DNA of 63,722 bases, filler included, from Candidatus Delongbacteria bacterium (lineage in GTDB: Bacteria > UBA4055), in the NCBI GenBank assembly GCA_016937995.1. It is 6 parts of 6 records of this genome, joined end to end, with 100 filler letters (N's around TTAATTAATTAA, not from the genome) between each part and the next. Parts side by side here need not be neighbours in the genome. Positions count along the whole stretch, not along the records: positions 60,803 to 63,722 come from JAFGVM010000054.1; 5 more parts are not named here. One strand, 5' to 3'. Position 1 is the stretch's first letter. Each line of letters begins with the position of its first letter. Below are positions 62,158 to 63,722 of this stretch, in pieces. A program made the position numbers and the translations under genes. The notes below the pieces were generated by a model. That model saw only the letters and a list, made by a program, of their open reading frames with translations, did not search any database and had not been told where the DNA came from.

Positions 62158-63339
62158 TTATCCAAATAGTTTTGGTAGTTCGAGTATCAGTTTAGGGTAC
62201 TTTAACAGTACCCTGGTAAAAATATTTATGAGAGTTTTTTTAGCGTAAGGTTTCGAATTAAGTTCTTCAGTGATCTTATTCAGGACCTCATCGTCGATAC
62301 TTTCGATTATTCCCTTAATGATATAGAACTTGTGATTTGCTTTTCCCTGCTTTTTGTACCATTTCTTGTCGTAATTCTTTAAAAACTTTTCACTAAGATC
62401 ATTATTTCGGACCGCACTCGCCGCAACTTCTGCAGCTAGTCTGCCTGCTTTCATGGCATTTATTATACCCCCACCTGAAATAGCATTGGTTTGATGAGCT
62501 GCATCCCCTACCAGCATGATCCCGTTCCCTGAAGCCTTTTCCAGTGTTTCACCACAGATAACTCCACCACAAGTTGTGTTCAGGATCGATCCTTCTGGAA
62601 AATTACTTTTGACAAAAGAGTTCAAATAATTAACTGCTTTCTTTTTTCTTGAATATTCACCGTTAATCCCGAGTCCCACATTTGCTGTACGTTTGTCTTT
62701 AGGGAACACCCACAGATAACCTGTTGGAGCAATATCTTTACCAAAATAAAAATCCATCCTGTCCTCTTCAACATCAATATCTGACATAGTGTATTGGACA
62801 CATGATTCTATATCGTTGAATTTCGGTGTCGTTTTTATTCCTGCCCATCTCCCTACTCTGGATTCTACTCCGTCAGCAGCAATGACGATCTTCGAATTGA
62901 TTATGTGTTCCTTCCCCTGATAAAGAAATTTCACACCTACGACCGAATTATCTTTAAATATCAGACCTGTGACGTTGGCCATAGTTACCACCGTAGCACC
63001 AGCCAGCGATGCCAGTCTTCCAAGTTCAGCATCAAAGAATTTTCTATCCAGAACAGCTGCTTCGCTCTCATGGTTCAGGTCGAGAATATTACCGTTTGGT
63101 GCGATAAATCTGATCTTGTATTTCTTTTTATATCTTTGAACGATTTCGTGATCTTTGGCAAAAAATTCCAATAACCCTGCAATACCTACTGCCTCTCCGC
63201 ATCTGACAGGAATACCGATCTCACGGTCTCTTTCCAGCATTATGACTTTCAGCCCTCTTTCAGCCGCTTCTTTTGCTGCTATTGATCCTCCCGGACCCGC
63301 ACCTACGACTACAATGTCATAGTGTTTATCAAATATCAT
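62158..63339 (-). CDS. Geranylgeranyl reductase-family flavoprotein (DGGR-like)
   Basis: VGAGPGG, PVRCGEA, ADGVES, GYLWVFPK, VGDAA, GGGI. Confidence 0.88.
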   Translation of the reverse strand: MIFDKHYDIVVVGAGPGGSIAAKEAAERGLKVIMLERDREIGIPVRCGEAVGIAGLLEFFAKDHEIVQRYKKKYKIRFIAPNGNILDLNHESEAAVLDRKFFDAELGRLASLAGATVVTMANVTGLIFKDNSVVGVKFLYQGKEHIINSKIVIAADGVESRVGRWAGIKTTPKFNDIESCVQYTMSDIDVEEDRMDFYFGKDIAPTGYLWVFPKDKRTANVGLGINGEYSRKKKAVNYLNSFVKSNFPEGSILNTTCGGVICGETLEKASGNGIMLVGDAAHQTNAISGGGIINAMKAGRLAAEVAASAVRNNDLSEKFLKNYDKKWYKKQGKANHKFYIIKGIIESIDDEVLNKITEELNSKPYAKKTLINIFTRVLLKYPKLILELPKLFG

Positions 63340-63354
63340 ATGCTACCTAGAAGG

Positions 63355-63722
63355 TTACTTTCTGTCATCAATTATATCAGGTTCAGGATCTTTCTTAGGT
63401 ATAGTTGACAATATCATTCTGGTCATTCTGCTGTTAAGTTCAATGAACCTTTTCTCTACCTTTTTAAAATCTTCTGTCGGGACTCTTTTACCATCTTCAC
63501 CTTTATTGTACCTGTCCACTTCAAAAACACTACTCCACCCACCAACCTCTTTGTTATATGAATTTACAACATCAGTATATTCCTGAGTGCCATATGCCGT
63601 CTCTTTGAACAACTCTTCATATTTTACGATCATATTTTCAAGACTATCAAGCTGTTCATCAAGGGATGATCTTTTAGAAATAGTTTCATTTTTTTCGCAG
63701 GAAATGAAATTAATAGAGATAA
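63355..63722 (-). CDS. Probable lipoprotein, 5' end beyond window
   Basis: Frame open to the window edge: ...ISINFISCEKNETISK... with lipobox-like FISC. Confidence 0.6.
   Translation of the reverse strand, partial: ISINFISCEKNETISKRSSLDEQLDSLENMIVKYEELFKETAYGTQEYTDVVNSYNKEVGGWSSVFEVDRYNKGEDGKRVPTEDFKKVEKRFIELNSRMTRMILSTIPKKDPEPDIIDDRK

Overview
The window is an AT-rich bacterial draft or MAG assembly: six contig pieces joined by five artificial 100-nt linkers (N44-TTAATTAATTAA-N44), so adjacency across linkers is not biological. A T9SS C-terminal domain, gingipain-like C25 proteases and a cleaved-adhesin protein suggest an FCB-group organism (inference). Core genes include mutS, kdsD, mlaFE, recO, a U32/TrhP-like gene, tRNA-Arg(TCT), acpP-fabF-rnc and a DEAD-box helicase. 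Also present are a umuD-SRAP-umuC cassette, a leuC/leuD-family dehydratase split by SNF2+SWIM genes, a GtrA-type glycosylation locus, a GH130 beta-mannoside locus and many REP-like and heptamer repeats. The most interesting signals are: (1) a ~170-nt element in three copies with a fully covarying hairpin and a 9-10 bp pseudoknot (candidate new structured RNA or mobile RNA element); (2) a four-helix-bundle gene enclosed by inverted heptamer arrays; (3) a degenerate GlyRS paralog next to recO that lacks catalytic motifs, reminiscent of POLG2; (4) near-absence of TGA stops plus two in-frame TGA codons in otherwise intact genes; (5) a Lys4-like homoaconitase signature; (6) a duplicated umuD 3' end. 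Family assignments come from recalled motifs, not database searches.
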